This document shows, one piece after another, positions 38,953 to 51,479 of a stretch of 64,000 bases of DNA. The notes under the pieces were generated by a model, which made no database searches, was not told the DNA's origin, and was given only the letters and a program-made list of their open reading frames with translations. The stretch lies in NCBI GenBank assembly GCA_002495525.1, contig DAFS01000033.1, positions 12,509 to 76,508 on the forward strand, given 5' to 3'. The DNA comes from Euryarchaeota archaeon UBA89 (GTDB lineage Archaea; Thermoplasmatota; Poseidoniia; Poseidoniales; Thalassarchaeaceae). A program made the translations under genes and the position numbers. Each line of letters opens with the position of its first letter. Position 1 is the first letter of the stretch.

Positions 38953-40185
38953 TTATCGGTGAACGCGGAGTTCCTCCCAAAAATTGAGATTGTCTCTTGA
39001 AATTATATAATTTAGAATATCTCCAACAAGATAAACACTGCCTATAATAACTAATTCTACTTCATCAATTTCACAAATTTTAGACGCTTCTTCAATTGCA
39101 TTAACTGGGTTTTTAATTATGTCACGAGAGGTTTCCATATGGCGACAAATTATATTTTCTAATTCCTCGGCACTAACTGAATTATTCCTTCCAGAAAGAG
39201 GTTCAGTAAATATCAAATGATGAAAAATTGATTGGTGAAGATTCTCCTTTAAAAATGGCGACAAGGTGTCTTTAATATCAGCCTTCTCAGTAACTCCAAT
39301 GATAAATACACTCGGTTTTTTGATAGAATTAAGTTCAGACTCAAAACCTTCTTTATTGTGAGCTGCACAGACTTTCACTGGAAAGTCATACCAAGATGAG
39401 CCGTACTCCGGAGAACGACCCGGCCATTTACATTCTACTTCAGAATCTTTCCATTTGAAAAAATTTGCGACTTTTTTCGTCAACATAGTCCAGTTCTGCC
39501 AATTTGAAAAATCTTGATTCGTTTCAATTATCAAAAGATCTTCTCCGACTTTATCTGAAATTACTTTCAATACAGAAGCAGTTAAATTATCACTTTTTGA
39601 CAAAAATAATGGAACTCCTGGTCGATGAATACCGGCTTTTTCGAAAGCGATTTCTTCCAAGCTTTCTCCTAAAAATTCAGTATGGTCTTTGGAGATTGTA
39701 GTTATTACACAGAGATCAGCATCTACTAACCTAGTAGAGTCTAACCTACCTCCTAAACCGGTCTCAATAATAGCTCTGTCAATATTATTCTCACTGAAAA
39801 CAACCATAGCAAGTAAAAATGTGACTTCAAAAAAAGTTGGTTTACAGACAGGAGAAATCAATGAGGCCGTTCGTATTTTTTCTAGAAACATATCAAAATC
39901 TTTGGGAGAAACAGGGACTCCATTTATCCTAATTCTTTCTTCTATCGTAATTAAATGAGGAGAGGAAAAGAGGCCTACTTTGAGATTATTTTCTCTCGCC
40001 ACTGCAGAAAGTTGAACACATAAAGAACCCTTACCATTTGTGCCTGCAACATGAATTGAAGGAAAATCAAGATGGGGATTCCCTAGTCTCTCCAATAAAA
40101 GATTACAATTATCAAATCCTAATTTAACTCCAGAATCTTTCGTGTTTTCTAGCCATTTTCTAACGTTCAAAAAATAATCACCCAC
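38953..40185 (-). CDS. folC: Folylpolyglutamate synthase / dihydrofolate synthase (Mur ligase family)
   Basis: HVAGTNGKGS P-loop, Mur-ligase central/C-terminal domain layout; 410 aa. Confidence 0.85.
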   Translation of the reverse strand: MGDYFLNVRKWLENTKDSGVKLGFDNCNLLLERLGNPHLDFPSIHVAGTNGKGSLCVQLSAVARENNLKVGLFSSPHLITIEERIRINGVPVSPKDFDMFLEKIRTASLISPVCKPTFFEVTFLLAMVVFSENNIDRAIIETGLGGRLDSTRLVDADLCVITTISKDHTEFLGESLEEIAFEKAGIHRPGVPLFLSKSDNLTASVLKVISDKVGEDLLIIETNQDFSNWQNWTMLTKKVANFFKWKDSEVECKWPGRSPEYGSSWYDFPVKVCAAHNKEGFESELNSIKKPSVFIIGVTEKADIKDTLSPFLKENLHQSIFHHLIFTEPLSGRNNSVSAEELENIICRHMETSRDIIKNPVNAIEEASKICEIDEVELVIIGSVYLVGDILNYIISRDNLNFWEELRVHR

Positions 40186-40220
40186 TAGTTCTACTACACA
40201 CTTGTATTAGTCAAAGTGAT

Positions 40221-41321
40221 ATGGTCTTTGAACTTCGTGGGGGTTGGGGAGTGAAAGTGAACGAGACAATAGAGGCTATGCGAGACCAGTGGAAGTCGAT
40301 GACTAGTATGGCTGGAATGTTTTTGACAACCATCTTTTTAGGTATTACAATTCAACCTGTATGGGATATTCCTGAAGCCAGAGCTTTCGGAGAGGAGGGC
40401 ACTACACAAAGTGGATATATTTTACTAGAATTGGGATTGATAGGCGTTTTCACTTTCATAATAATCTGGCTTGCAAGGAAAAATATGGATATGTTAATTA
40501 AAGGATTTATCATGTTCTCACTTTATTTTTCTTTGTACTATGTAGTTGCCCCATATATTGCATTAATCATGGAAATAACCTTGGGAACTCAAGAAAATGT
40601 AATTGCAATAGCACTTTTATTGAATTTATTATTAATGGTGACTTTATGGAAATTTCCTGAATGGTACATTGTGAATCTAGTAGGAATTTTGGTAGGATCA
40701 GGTGTAATAACAATGATCGGGATAAGTTTCGTACCTACTCTGATTATCATATTCATGATTTGTGCTGCAATATATGATCATTGGGCAGTAAATGGGAGTA
40801 AACATATGCTGGAACTAGCAGATACAATGATAGATTTGAAATTACCAATATTATTAGTAGCGCCAAAAGAAAAGGGATACTCTTTCTTAGATGAACAGGA
40901 AGGAGTAATGGAGGAGAAAATAAAGAGACCTTCGCAAAAAGATTGGGATAACCCTGATATTGGACATATTAAAGTCGAAAAAAAGGGTAGAGACGCTTTA
41001 TTCATGGGTCTAGGTGACGTGATTTTTCCAGGCATGTTAGTTATTTCAACTATCACATTCTTACCTGAAACAGGGGCAGTCATAGGTTCTTTACCTCTAA
41101 CATCATTCTTTGGATGGATTCATCTAGACCCGTTAGCGGTTGGATTGGGTACTTTATCGGGGGGATTGATTGGTTACTTTGGATTGATGACACAGGTAGC
41201 AAAAGGAAAACCACAAGCAGGGTTACCTTTGCTTAATGGAGGAGCAATATTAGGTTATTTTATTACAGGATTAATTGTATATGGTCCATCTGATTTAATT
41301 CAACAAATTAGCCTCTTCTGA
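40221..41321 (+). CDS. Presenilin/signal-peptide-peptidase-like intramembrane aspartyl protease (A22 family, archaeal PSH-like)
   Basis: Polytopic membrane protein with YD in a TM helix (AAIYDHWAV), GLGD in the next TM (FMGLGDVIFPGM) and a downstream PLL/PAL-like segment (GLPLLNGG). Confidence 0.65.
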   Translation: MVFELRGGWGVKVNETIEAMRDQWKSMTSMAGMFLTTIFLGITIQPVWDIPEARAFGEEGTTQSGYILLELGLIGVFTFIIIWLARKNMDMLIKGFIMFSLYFSLYYVVAPYIALIMEITLGTQENVIAIALLLNLLLMVTLWKFPEWYIVNLVGILVGSGVITMIGISFVPTLIIIFMICAAIYDHWAVNGSKHMLELADTMIDLKLPILLVAPKEKGYSFLDEQEGVMEEKIKRPSQKDWDNPDIGHIKVEKKGRDALFMGLGDVIFPGMLVISTITFLPETGAVIGSLPLTSFFGWIHLDPLAVGLGTLSGGLIGYFGLMTQVAKGKPQAGLPLLNGGAILGYFITGLIVYGPSDLIQQISLF

Positions 41322-41378
41322 ACCTAAAAGCCCGATTCATTGAAAGAAGATTGGGCACTCCTAGAGTTGATAGTTATG

Positions 41379-42656
41379 CTAGATATGAGTATGTTTCGTG
41401 AAAAATCAGAGATTTTACGAAAAGATCATGATAAAAGAAAAATTCCTCATGACAACATTGACCAGGTGATTAGACTCGATAATGAATGGAAACAAGCTAG
41501 ATTTGATGTTGATCAACTTAGAAAATCGAGAAATGAGGCGGCAAGAAGCATAGCAGCTGCAAAAAAATCTGGAGATTCGGATGCTGTAAACAAAATAATG
41601 AATGAAGTATCAAGTATCGGAAATAGAATTGAAGAATTATCAAAAATGGCGGATGATTTTCTACAGAATAGAGACTCAATAAGGATGAGAGTACCAAATA
41701 TCCTTCATGAAAGTGTTCCTGAAGGAGAAGATGATCAAAAGAATACGTTACACAGTTTACATGGAGAAAAAATTAACTTAGAATTCGATGCAAAAAATCA
41801 TAATGAAATTATTGAAAAGAATGGCTGGGTGGACTTGGCGAGAGCAGCAAAGATAACTGGAAGTAGATTCTATTTCATGCAGGGAGATTTGGCAAGATTA
41901 GAAATGGCTCTACAAAGTTATACTACAAACTTCCTAATTAAGAAAAATTATACTCTTGTTCAACCGCCTTTAATGATGAATAAAGAAGCTTATGAAGGAG
42001 TTACAGATCTTGGAGATTTCGAAACTGTAATGTATGGAATCGAACCCGATAAATTCTATCTCATAGCTACAAGTGAACACCCACTAACTGCTATGAGAAT
42101 GGACGAAATAATCGAACCTTCTGAACTCCCAATAAAGCTTGTTGGAGTCTCACAATGTTTCCGTAGAGAAGTTGGAGCACATGGACTTTCAGACAGAGGA
42201 ATATGGAGAGTACATCAGTTTACTAAAATAGAACAAATAATAATTTGTAACCCCGAAGACTCGTGGTCACATCATGAAGATTTATTGAATAATGCAACTG
42301 AATTATGGGATAGTCTGGGTTTACACTATCGTGTAGTGAATATTTGTACAGGAGATATGGGGACAGTAGCCTCAAAGAAATATGACCTTGAAGCATGGCT
42401 TCCAGGTGTTGGAGAATACAAAGAAGTAGTTTCTTGTTCAAATTGTACAGACTATCAAGCAAATCGACTTCGTATGAGATACAGAACATCGGAAGGAAAC
42501 TCTGCCGTACATACATTAAATTCTACTGCTGTTGCCACTACTAGGGCGTTGGTAGCAATTCTAGAACAATATCAAACAGAAAATGGCTTAATTATGATAC
42601 CAGAAGTTCTGAGACCATATATGAATAATCAGGAATTCTTAACTCCCTTGAACTGA
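41379..42656 (+). CDS. serS: Seryl-tRNA synthetase
   Basis: N-terminal coiled-coil arm, class II motifs (FRREVGAHG; GTVASKKYDLEAWLPG; NSTAVATTR). Start moved to MLDMSMFREK. Confidence 0.92.
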   Translation, partial: LDMSMFREKSEILRKDHDKRKIPHDNIDQVIRLDNEWKQARFDVDQLRKSRNEAARSIAAAKKSGDSDAVNKIMNEVSSIGNRIEELSKMADDFLQNRDSIRMRVPNILHESVPEGEDDQKNTLHSLHGEKINLEFDAKNHNEIIEKNGWVDLARAAKITGSRFYFMQGDLARLEMALQSYTTNFLIKKNYTLVQPPLMMNKEAYEGVTDLGDFETVMYGIEPDKFYLIATSEHPLTAMRMDEIIEPSELPIKLVGVSQCFRREVGAHGLSDRGIWRVHQFTKIEQIIICNPEDSWSHHEDLLNNATELWDSLGLHYRVVNICTGDMGTVASKKYDLEAWLPGVGEYKEVVSCSNCTDYQANRLRMRYRTSEGNSAVHTLNSTAVATTRALVAILEQYQTENGLIMIPEVLRPYMNNQEFLTPLN

Positions 42657-43232
42657 TTTGTTTTCTGTAATCTTAATTGATTGACGTATCAATAAAGCAA
42701 CTAATATAACCGCAAAAATTGCAGCAATTAGGGGTGCTATTAATGCTGCAATTGTAAGAATAATACTCGCTATGTTCTCACCCGAAGCAACAAATGAGTT
42801 ACCAAAACCCAGAGTTAGAGTAGATGATAAGCCACGAATCGCGACTGTAGTAACTTGAATAATTCCTGCCGAACCACCGCCAGCAATAATTGCAAAAGAC
42901 CACTGAATTATCGGATCACTACCTACCAAAGCCATTGAAGTCATGCTAACTCCTGAAACTACGGCCGCTGGAGTAGCGATAGTATCCAGTAAATTATCCA
43001 ACCAAGGGACATAATATGCTCCAAATTCTGCTAAGCATGCAATTCCAAGAACTATAACTGCTGCATTACTATCAAATGCGGCAAACTCAGTTCCAGATAA
43101 ATCAAAATTAACAAAAGTATCAGTCCTAACTGCTAATGATAAAATAAATGGTGGCAAGAAAACTCTGAAACCTGAGGCAGATGCAAGGCTGAGGCCCATC
43201 AAAGCGGCAAGTATTGTCGTCTCTATTCCCAT
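42639..43232 (-). CDS. DUF4126-like small membrane protein
   Basis: N-terminal GFRVFLPPFILSLA motif typical of DUF4126 and a Gly/Ala-rich multi-TM body. Confidence 0.55.
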   Translation of the reverse strand: MGIETTILAALMGLSLASASGFRVFLPPFILSLAVRTDTFVNFDLSGTEFAAFDSNAAVIVLGIACLAEFGAYYVPWLDNLLDTIATPAAVVSGVSMTSMALVGSDPIIQWSFAIIAGGGSAGIIQVTTVAIRGLSSTLTLGFGNSFVASGENIASIILTIAALIAPLIAAIFAVILVALLIRQSIKITENKSVQGS

Positions 43233-43307
43233 GATAATCCCATGACATTAGGTGTAATTAATCCACTCCCTGCATGATTAATTGAAAAAAGATGGGGTAA
43301 TACTATT

Positions 43308-43808
43308 CTAATCACCAATTTCAACTAAATTTGCACCCATATCGACTCTATCTCCTTTCTGAAAGTAGACTGAAGTAACTTCACCGGCTCTTGGTGCTTG
43401 AATTCTATGCTCCATCTTCATGGCTTCCATTACCAATAACGTCTGCCCTTCTCTTACTCTCTGACCCTTCTTCACCATTACATCAAGAATTGTTCCAGGC
43501 ATTGGTGCACTCAGACTACCCTCTGATATTGACGAGTCTTGACTTCCAGGTTCATACATATTAATTACATAAATACGGCCTTGGAAATGTATCCACCATT
43601 CATCATCACATCGAGAAACATGAGCAAAACTTCTTACTCCATCCAACTCTACAATAATTCTACCAGATTGTTGATCTTTACTTAATGAGATTTCGTCAAA
43701 GTTAATTTCTTCATCTTCAAAAATTAATTTTGAAAGAAATAGTGTCTCCTCTTTTTCAGAGAAATTTACTTTGTATCTAGAACCAGAATTACCTACACTC
43801 CATTCCAT
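43308..43808 (-). CDS. accB: Biotin carboxyl carrier protein of acyl-CoA carboxylase
   Basis: Biotinyl-lysine motif EAMKME and lipoyl/biotinyl hybrid-barrel C-terminus; 166 aa. Confidence 0.88.
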   Translation of the reverse strand: MEWSVGNSGSRYKVNFSEKEETLFLSKLIFEDEEINFDEISLSKDQQSGRIIVELDGVRSFAHVSRCDDEWWIHFQGRIYVINMYEPGSQDSSISEGSLSAPMPGTILDVMVKKGQRVREGQTLLVMEAMKMEHRIQAPRAGEVTSVYFQKGDRVDMGANLVEIGD

Positions 43809-43816
43809 AATATCAC

Positions 43817-45355
43817 CTAAGGGTAAGACCTCGTCAACGTTTTGAATGGATCACCAGAATGTCCACTATACTCATCTAAGATTTCTGAAGTTGAAGATAA
43901 TTGATTACGATCTAAACCAAAACGACTTGCTCCTGCAGCAATTGATACTAATATTGAATCACTAATTCCTGGTTGTTCAAACTCTTCTAAAGATATATTG
44001 TCGAGATAATCAGTTGTTACAAGACCATTGGAAAATACTTCACTCTTGGATACCTCTCGTAAGAATCCAACATTAGTAGTCACACCTAAAACAACAAATT
44101 CAGATAATGCATTATCCAGTTTTCTCAATGCTGCTTCTCGAGTTGGTGCATGGACAATTAATTTGGCTAGCATTGGGTCGAAGTCAATAGTAATCTCATC
44201 TCCCTCTCTAAATCCTGAGTCCATTCTAACCCCCGGTGTTGAAGGTGGCCTCCACATTGAAAGTGTACCAATAGCAGGAAGAAAACCTTTAGTTACATCT
44301 TCAGCATAAATTCTAGCTTCAATTGAGTGCCCTGTAATTCCTACGTCATCTTGAGAAATATTCAATGGAATACCTGCGGCAATTTCAAATTGCTTCTGAA
44401 CTAAATCAATTCCTGTAATTAGTTCGGTAACTGGATGTTCAACTTGAAGACGAGTATTCATTTCAAGGAAGAAAAATTCACCTCTCGAGGTGAGAAGAAA
44501 TTCAACTGTTCCTGCTCCTTCATAATTTACAGATTCAGCAGCTCTTATTGCAGCTTGGCCCATATTCTTACGAATCTCAGGTGTAACCGCTGGCGATGGG
44601 GCTTCTTCGATTACTTTCTGATGTCTTCTTTGTAGAGAGCAGTCTCTTTCATTCAAATGAATTGAATTACCATATTGGTCACAAAGTACTTGAATTTCTA
44701 CATGCCTAGAGCCAGTTAGTAGCCTTTCAACGTAAACTGTACCATCTCCGAAAGCTGCTGAAGCTTCTCTTGCTGCTGCTTCATATTCGGTTCTGAGCAT
44801 CTTAGGTTCGTACACCGCTCTCATTCCCTTACCACCACCACCTGCACTGGCCTTTACCAATAATGGATATCCTACTCTAGCAGCAGATGTTGCTAAAACA
44901 CCAAGAGGATTTGAACCTGATTCGATTGCTAATTCTTCACCAGGAATAATTGGAACGCCGGATTCTATCATTCGTCTTCGAGCAGAAATTTTGTCACCCA
45001 TGGTTTCTATTGCTTCTGATGAAGGACCTATCCAAATTAATCCGGAATCCTTCACTAATTTAGCAAAATTCGCCCTTTCAGATAAGAAGCCATAACCCGG
45101 ATGTATGGCTTGAGCCCCGGATTCTTTTGCAGCAGAGATTATTAATTCCATATTCAGATATGTTTCAGAGAGATTTTTACCAGGTAAATGAACTGATTCG
45201 TTGGCTACTTCTACATGTAATGAATTCTTATCAGGATCAGAATAAATAGCAATTCCTTTGAGACCTGATTCCCTAGCTGCTTTCAGTATTCTAACCGCAA
45301 TTTCACCTCGATTAGCTACCAAAACTGAGCTAAATGGTTTTGGAGCATTTATCAT
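43817..45355 (-). CDS. accC: Biotin carboxylase subunit of acetyl-/propionyl-/methylcrotonyl-CoA carboxylase
   Basis: VLVANRGEIAVRI N-terminus, ATP-grasp motifs (GGGGKGMR, EMNTRLQVEHPVTE), ~510 aa archaeal-type stand-alone BC; start at MINAPKPF. Confidence 0.92.
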   Translation of the reverse strand: MINAPKPFSSVLVANRGEIAVRILKAARESGLKGIAIYSDPDKNSLHVEVANESVHLPGKNLSETYLNMELIISAAKESGAQAIHPGYGFLSERANFAKLVKDSGLIWIGPSSEAIETMGDKISARRRMIESGVPIIPGEELAIESGSNPLGVLATSAARVGYPLLVKASAGGGGKGMRAVYEPKMLRTEYEAAAREASAAFGDGTVYVERLLTGSRHVEIQVLCDQYGNSIHLNERDCSLQRRHQKVIEEAPSPAVTPEIRKNMGQAAIRAAESVNYEGAGTVEFLLTSRGEFFFLEMNTRLQVEHPVTELITGIDLVQKQFEIAAGIPLNISQDDVGITGHSIEARIYAEDVTKGFLPAIGTLSMWRPPSTPGVRMDSGFREGDEITIDFDPMLAKLIVHAPTREAALRKLDNALSEFVVLGVTTNVGFLREVSKSEVFSNGLVTTDYLDNISLEEFEQPGISDSILVSIAAGASRFGLDRNQLSSTSEILDEYSGHSGDPFKTLTRSYP

Positions 45356-45383
45356 CCAGTCAGGAAACATTTCTAACACCATT

Positions 45384-46252
45384 TTATTCAGATGACCAAT
45401 TTGGTTTACGACGCTCTAAGAAAGAAGATAGCCCTTCTTGACCTTCTTCTGAACCACGCATTTGACTAGTTTTATCCAAAGTCCAATTACGAAGATCTTC
45501 ATCACTTCCATCCCATCTATCGAAAACTAGAGTTAAATTCTTGGCTTCCGTAACTGCCATGGGACCAGTGGTAAGAACTTCTTGAGCAATGATCTTTGAC
45601 CTCTCACCAAAATAACTAGATGATTCCACAACAAAATCAATTAATCCTATTCTCATAGCCTCGCTGGAATCTATTTTACTAGCCATCATTGATAATCTAC
45701 GAAAGTTAGAGCTACCTATTTTACGATAAACATAGGGTCCAATTACTGCTGGTAATATACCTAATTTCGCCTCAGAAAGAGCAATTCTTGTTCCGGGTTC
45801 AGCAATCACATAATCAAAGCAAGAGACTAGCCCCGCACCTCCGCCCAGTGCTACACCTTGTATACAACCAATAGTGAAACATGGATGAGCCCAAAGTCCG
45901 TGAAACAAATTATCTAGTCTTTCGGAATCTACACGATTCTCTTCAACAGAGCGCGCTCCTGCATCTCTCATCATATTGATATCTGCGCCTGCACAGAAGT
46001 GCTTACCTTCACCAGTGAAAATAATAACTCTGAGATATTTCTCACCCTCTGAATCTTCCAGAGAAGAATTTCTTGAAACACTTCGATCGGATGTCCACTT
46101 AATTATAGAAATTAACTCACTAATTAATTCAGTATTAAGAGCATTATATACATCACTTCTGTCTAGATTAATTCTAGCAATATTTCCATTTATTGTAAGT
46201 TCACATAGTTTGTTTTTTGGAAGTAAATCACTCATTTTCATTTTAGTCACCA

Positions 46253-46253
<1 letters not shown>
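45384..46253 (-). CDS. Enoyl-CoA hydratase/isomerase (crotonase) family protein; possibly methylglutaconyl-CoA hydratase
   Basis: Crotonase fold motifs (FCAGADI; GIQGVALGGGAGL). Embedded between the CT and BC genes with 1-4 nt overlaps. Confidence 0.8.
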
Positions 46254-49230
<2,977 letters not shown>

Positions 49231-49259
49231 TTAGGTATAACGCATTTGGGATTAGAAAA

Positions 49260-49991
49260 TTATTCTTCTTCATAAACTATCTTTTCATCATCTGCTAATT
49301 CCATCATTTCTGTTATTTCCTCTTGATCTAAAGTATTAATCTGAGAATTTGTAAACTTCCTTTCTCTTCGACGGCGCGCATCAGCTAGACTAGGAACTAA
49401 CGCTTCAAATGTTGAAGTATCTTCAACAACTTTCTCTTCGTATGTTTCAAGACTGTAAGAGCGAATCCTTTGTCTCTTCCTATCTTGCTCCAAGCCGAAA
49501 AGTACTGTTCCATGTTCAGAACCTTGTAGAATACCTTCTATTGCAGGAGTTGCTAATGCCAAGGATTCTTGATCACCAATTACCAAAACTGTTGAGCCAT
49601 AAATTGCCATTTCTGTACCAGTTAATTCTTCAATTAAACTTCTAATACGTCCATTAGTGCCAATTAATCTACTCCTCATTCTTCTAGTTTGATTTGGTTG
49701 TCTACCTACCCACTCTCTAATGTCATACATCCTCAAAAAGACATCATCTTCCAAAAGTTGGATTGCTCTTTTAGGGGCAAGACCTCTTCCAATAGCGAAT
49801 ATAACGTCAGGAAGTTTCATTTTTATTACTGGATCAGAACCTTCATCTGGCCAAACAACACTAACATCACCTGAATTTGATTCAATATGCAATGATGCTT
49901 TACATGCTTCCTCTATCATCTTCCTTGTGGAACCACGTTTACCAATAAGCACAGCAATACGATTTTTAGGAATCCGTGCTAAATGCTCCAT
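49260..49991 (-). CDS. KH-domain RNA-binding protein (Dim2/Pno1/Krr1-like) with acidic C-terminal tail
   Basis: Two KH-like GxxG loops (IGKRGSTRKMI; IGTNGRIRSLI); sits in the conserved archaeal position next to rio1 and aIF1A. Confidence 0.7.
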   Translation of the reverse strand: MEHLARIPKNRIAVLIGKRGSTRKMIEEACKASLHIESNSGDVSVVWPDEGSDPVIKMKLPDVIFAIGRGLAPKRAIQLLEDDVFLRMYDIREWVGRQPNQTRRMRSRLIGTNGRIRSLIEELTGTEMAIYGSTVLVIGDQESLALATPAIEGILQGSEHGTVLFGLEQDRKRQRIRSYSLETYEEKVVEDTSTFEALVPSLADARRRRERKFTNSQINTLDQEEITEMMELADDEKIVYEEE

Positions 49992-50030
49992 ATGTTCAGG
50001 GGAGTGGTCATTCTGTTTTAACTTCCTGTT

Positions 50031-50927
50031 TTAACTTCCATCAGAGAGAGGAGGTAATGTTGGAACAGGGTCTTCTAATACTCGAAGTAAACTTTCACCA
50101 ATATCTGCATTATATCCTTGACGGTTAATCCACTGGACTAATCTAGTCACATCTCTAACAAGAAATTCTTCTGAGTGTGGATGTTGCTTAGTGACACTTT
50201 GTCCAACATCAATCACCCATGGTTCACCATCTTTCCATAAAATGTTATATTCTGAAAAATCAGCATGTACAAGTTCGGCCGTTTGCCAATTAATTGCAAC
50301 GAATTCTAGTAAATCTTCGAATACCTCATACGGCTCATCAATAATTACATCTTTTAATCGAGGACTAACGCCTTCACCCTCACCTAAATATTCCATAATA
50401 AGAACGTTTTTCAAATTAGATAGGGGCTTAGGGACTCTTAAGCCATACTTCCTCATTCTTTTTAAATTTCTAAATTCTTTTCTTACCCAGATATTCACTA
50501 ACTCTCTGTGTCTACGCGAAAGACCTCCAAATCTTGGGTCTCCATCGATATATTTCGCTAAACCTTTGAAAACAGCATTTGTTGTATGAAATATTTTCAC
50601 AGCCACAGGTCCGTGATTAGAAGTTCCATGGAAAACATGGGCTTCCTTACCTCTTGCAATAGGGTAGTCAAGTGTTTCAATTTCTCCTTTCTGCATTAAC
50701 TTGTGTAATGACATTAATGTAGATTTATCAAAAACTGCATCGAAAACTCTTCTATCTACCCAGTCATAAGTCCCTTTCCCTAAGACTCCCTGGAGACCAT
50801 CCTCAATCTCAGAAAACATTTTTTCAAATCTAGGTTCAGATAACCATTCATGTTTTTTCTCACCTCGCATTAAGGAGTCGAGGTCGGGTAAATCCCAATC
50901 CTCCGAATCCGACATAATTTCACCCAA
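50031..50927 (-). CDS. rio1: RIO-type serine/threonine protein kinase (Rio1-like)
   Basis: RIO domain motifs: ATP-binding lysine region (VAVKIF), catalytic loop LVHADFSEYNILW, metal-binding IDVGQS. No N-terminal wHTH, hence Rio1 rather than Rio2. Confidence 0.85.
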   Translation of the reverse strand: MGEIMSDSEDWDLPDLDSLMRGEKKHEWLSEPRFEKMFSEIEDGLQGVLGKGTYDWVDRRVFDAVFDKSTLMSLHKLMQKGEIETLDYPIARGKEAHVFHGTSNHGPVAVKIFHTTNAVFKGLAKYIDGDPRFGGLSRRHRELVNIWVRKEFRNLKRMRKYGLRVPKPLSNLKNVLIMEYLGEGEGVSPRLKDVIIDEPYEVFEDLLEFVAINWQTAELVHADFSEYNILWKDGEPWVIDVGQSVTKQHPHSEEFLVRDVTRLVQWINRQGYNADIGESLLRVLEDPVPTLPPLSDGS

Positions 50928-51435
50928 AGAAAGAATCTATATCATCATCAACAGATGATTTTTCTTTAACGACTGGTTCTTCAATCTCTAATTCTGATAC
51001 ATCATCTTCTACAACTTCATCTTCTATAGATTCTAATGCTTCAGTTTCTTGAGTTGATTCTGAAATATCTTCTGACATTCCAAATAAATCTACAATATCT
51101 GGAAGTACTCCTTTTCGAGACAGATATAATGACTGTGTTTTTGTATATCTCATTACTACATTGGCCTTTTCGTCCTGAAAATCCCATGGTTGAACAACAA
51201 TCAAATCACCTTCTCTAACCCATTGCCTACGTCGCATTTTTCCAGGTATCCTAGCAAGACGACTCTCGCCATCTTCACAGACAGCCCTTACCCTTCTACC
51301 ACCTAAAATCTGATCTGCAATAGCGAACATTTCGTTGACTTTACGATTGGGGAGAGGAACTCTAATTTTGTCACCGCTACCAGATTCTAACCTTGCTAAA
51401 AGCTCAGCGTCAACCTTCTCCTCTCTACGAGCCAT
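50920..51435 (-). CDS. eif1a: Translation initiation factor aIF-1A (eIF1A homologue) with acidic C-terminal extension
   Basis: S1-like OB fold: VRAVCEDGESRLARIPGKMRRRQWVREGDLIVVQPWDFQDEKANVVMRY matches the eIF1A core. The C-terminal ~55 aa is Asp/Glu-rich. Confidence 0.85.
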   Translation of the reverse strand: MARREEKVDAELLARLESGSGDKIRVPLPNRKVNEMFAIADQILGGRRVRAVCEDGESRLARIPGKMRRRQWVREGDLIVVQPWDFQDEKANVVMRYTKTQSLYLSRKGVLPDIVDLFGMSEDISESTQETEALESIEDEVVEDDVSELEIEEPVVKEKSSVDDDIDSFFG

Positions 51436-51479
51436 GACTATCCGTCTAGCGTCACCTATGTGAAGTTGAGCCTTGGCAC

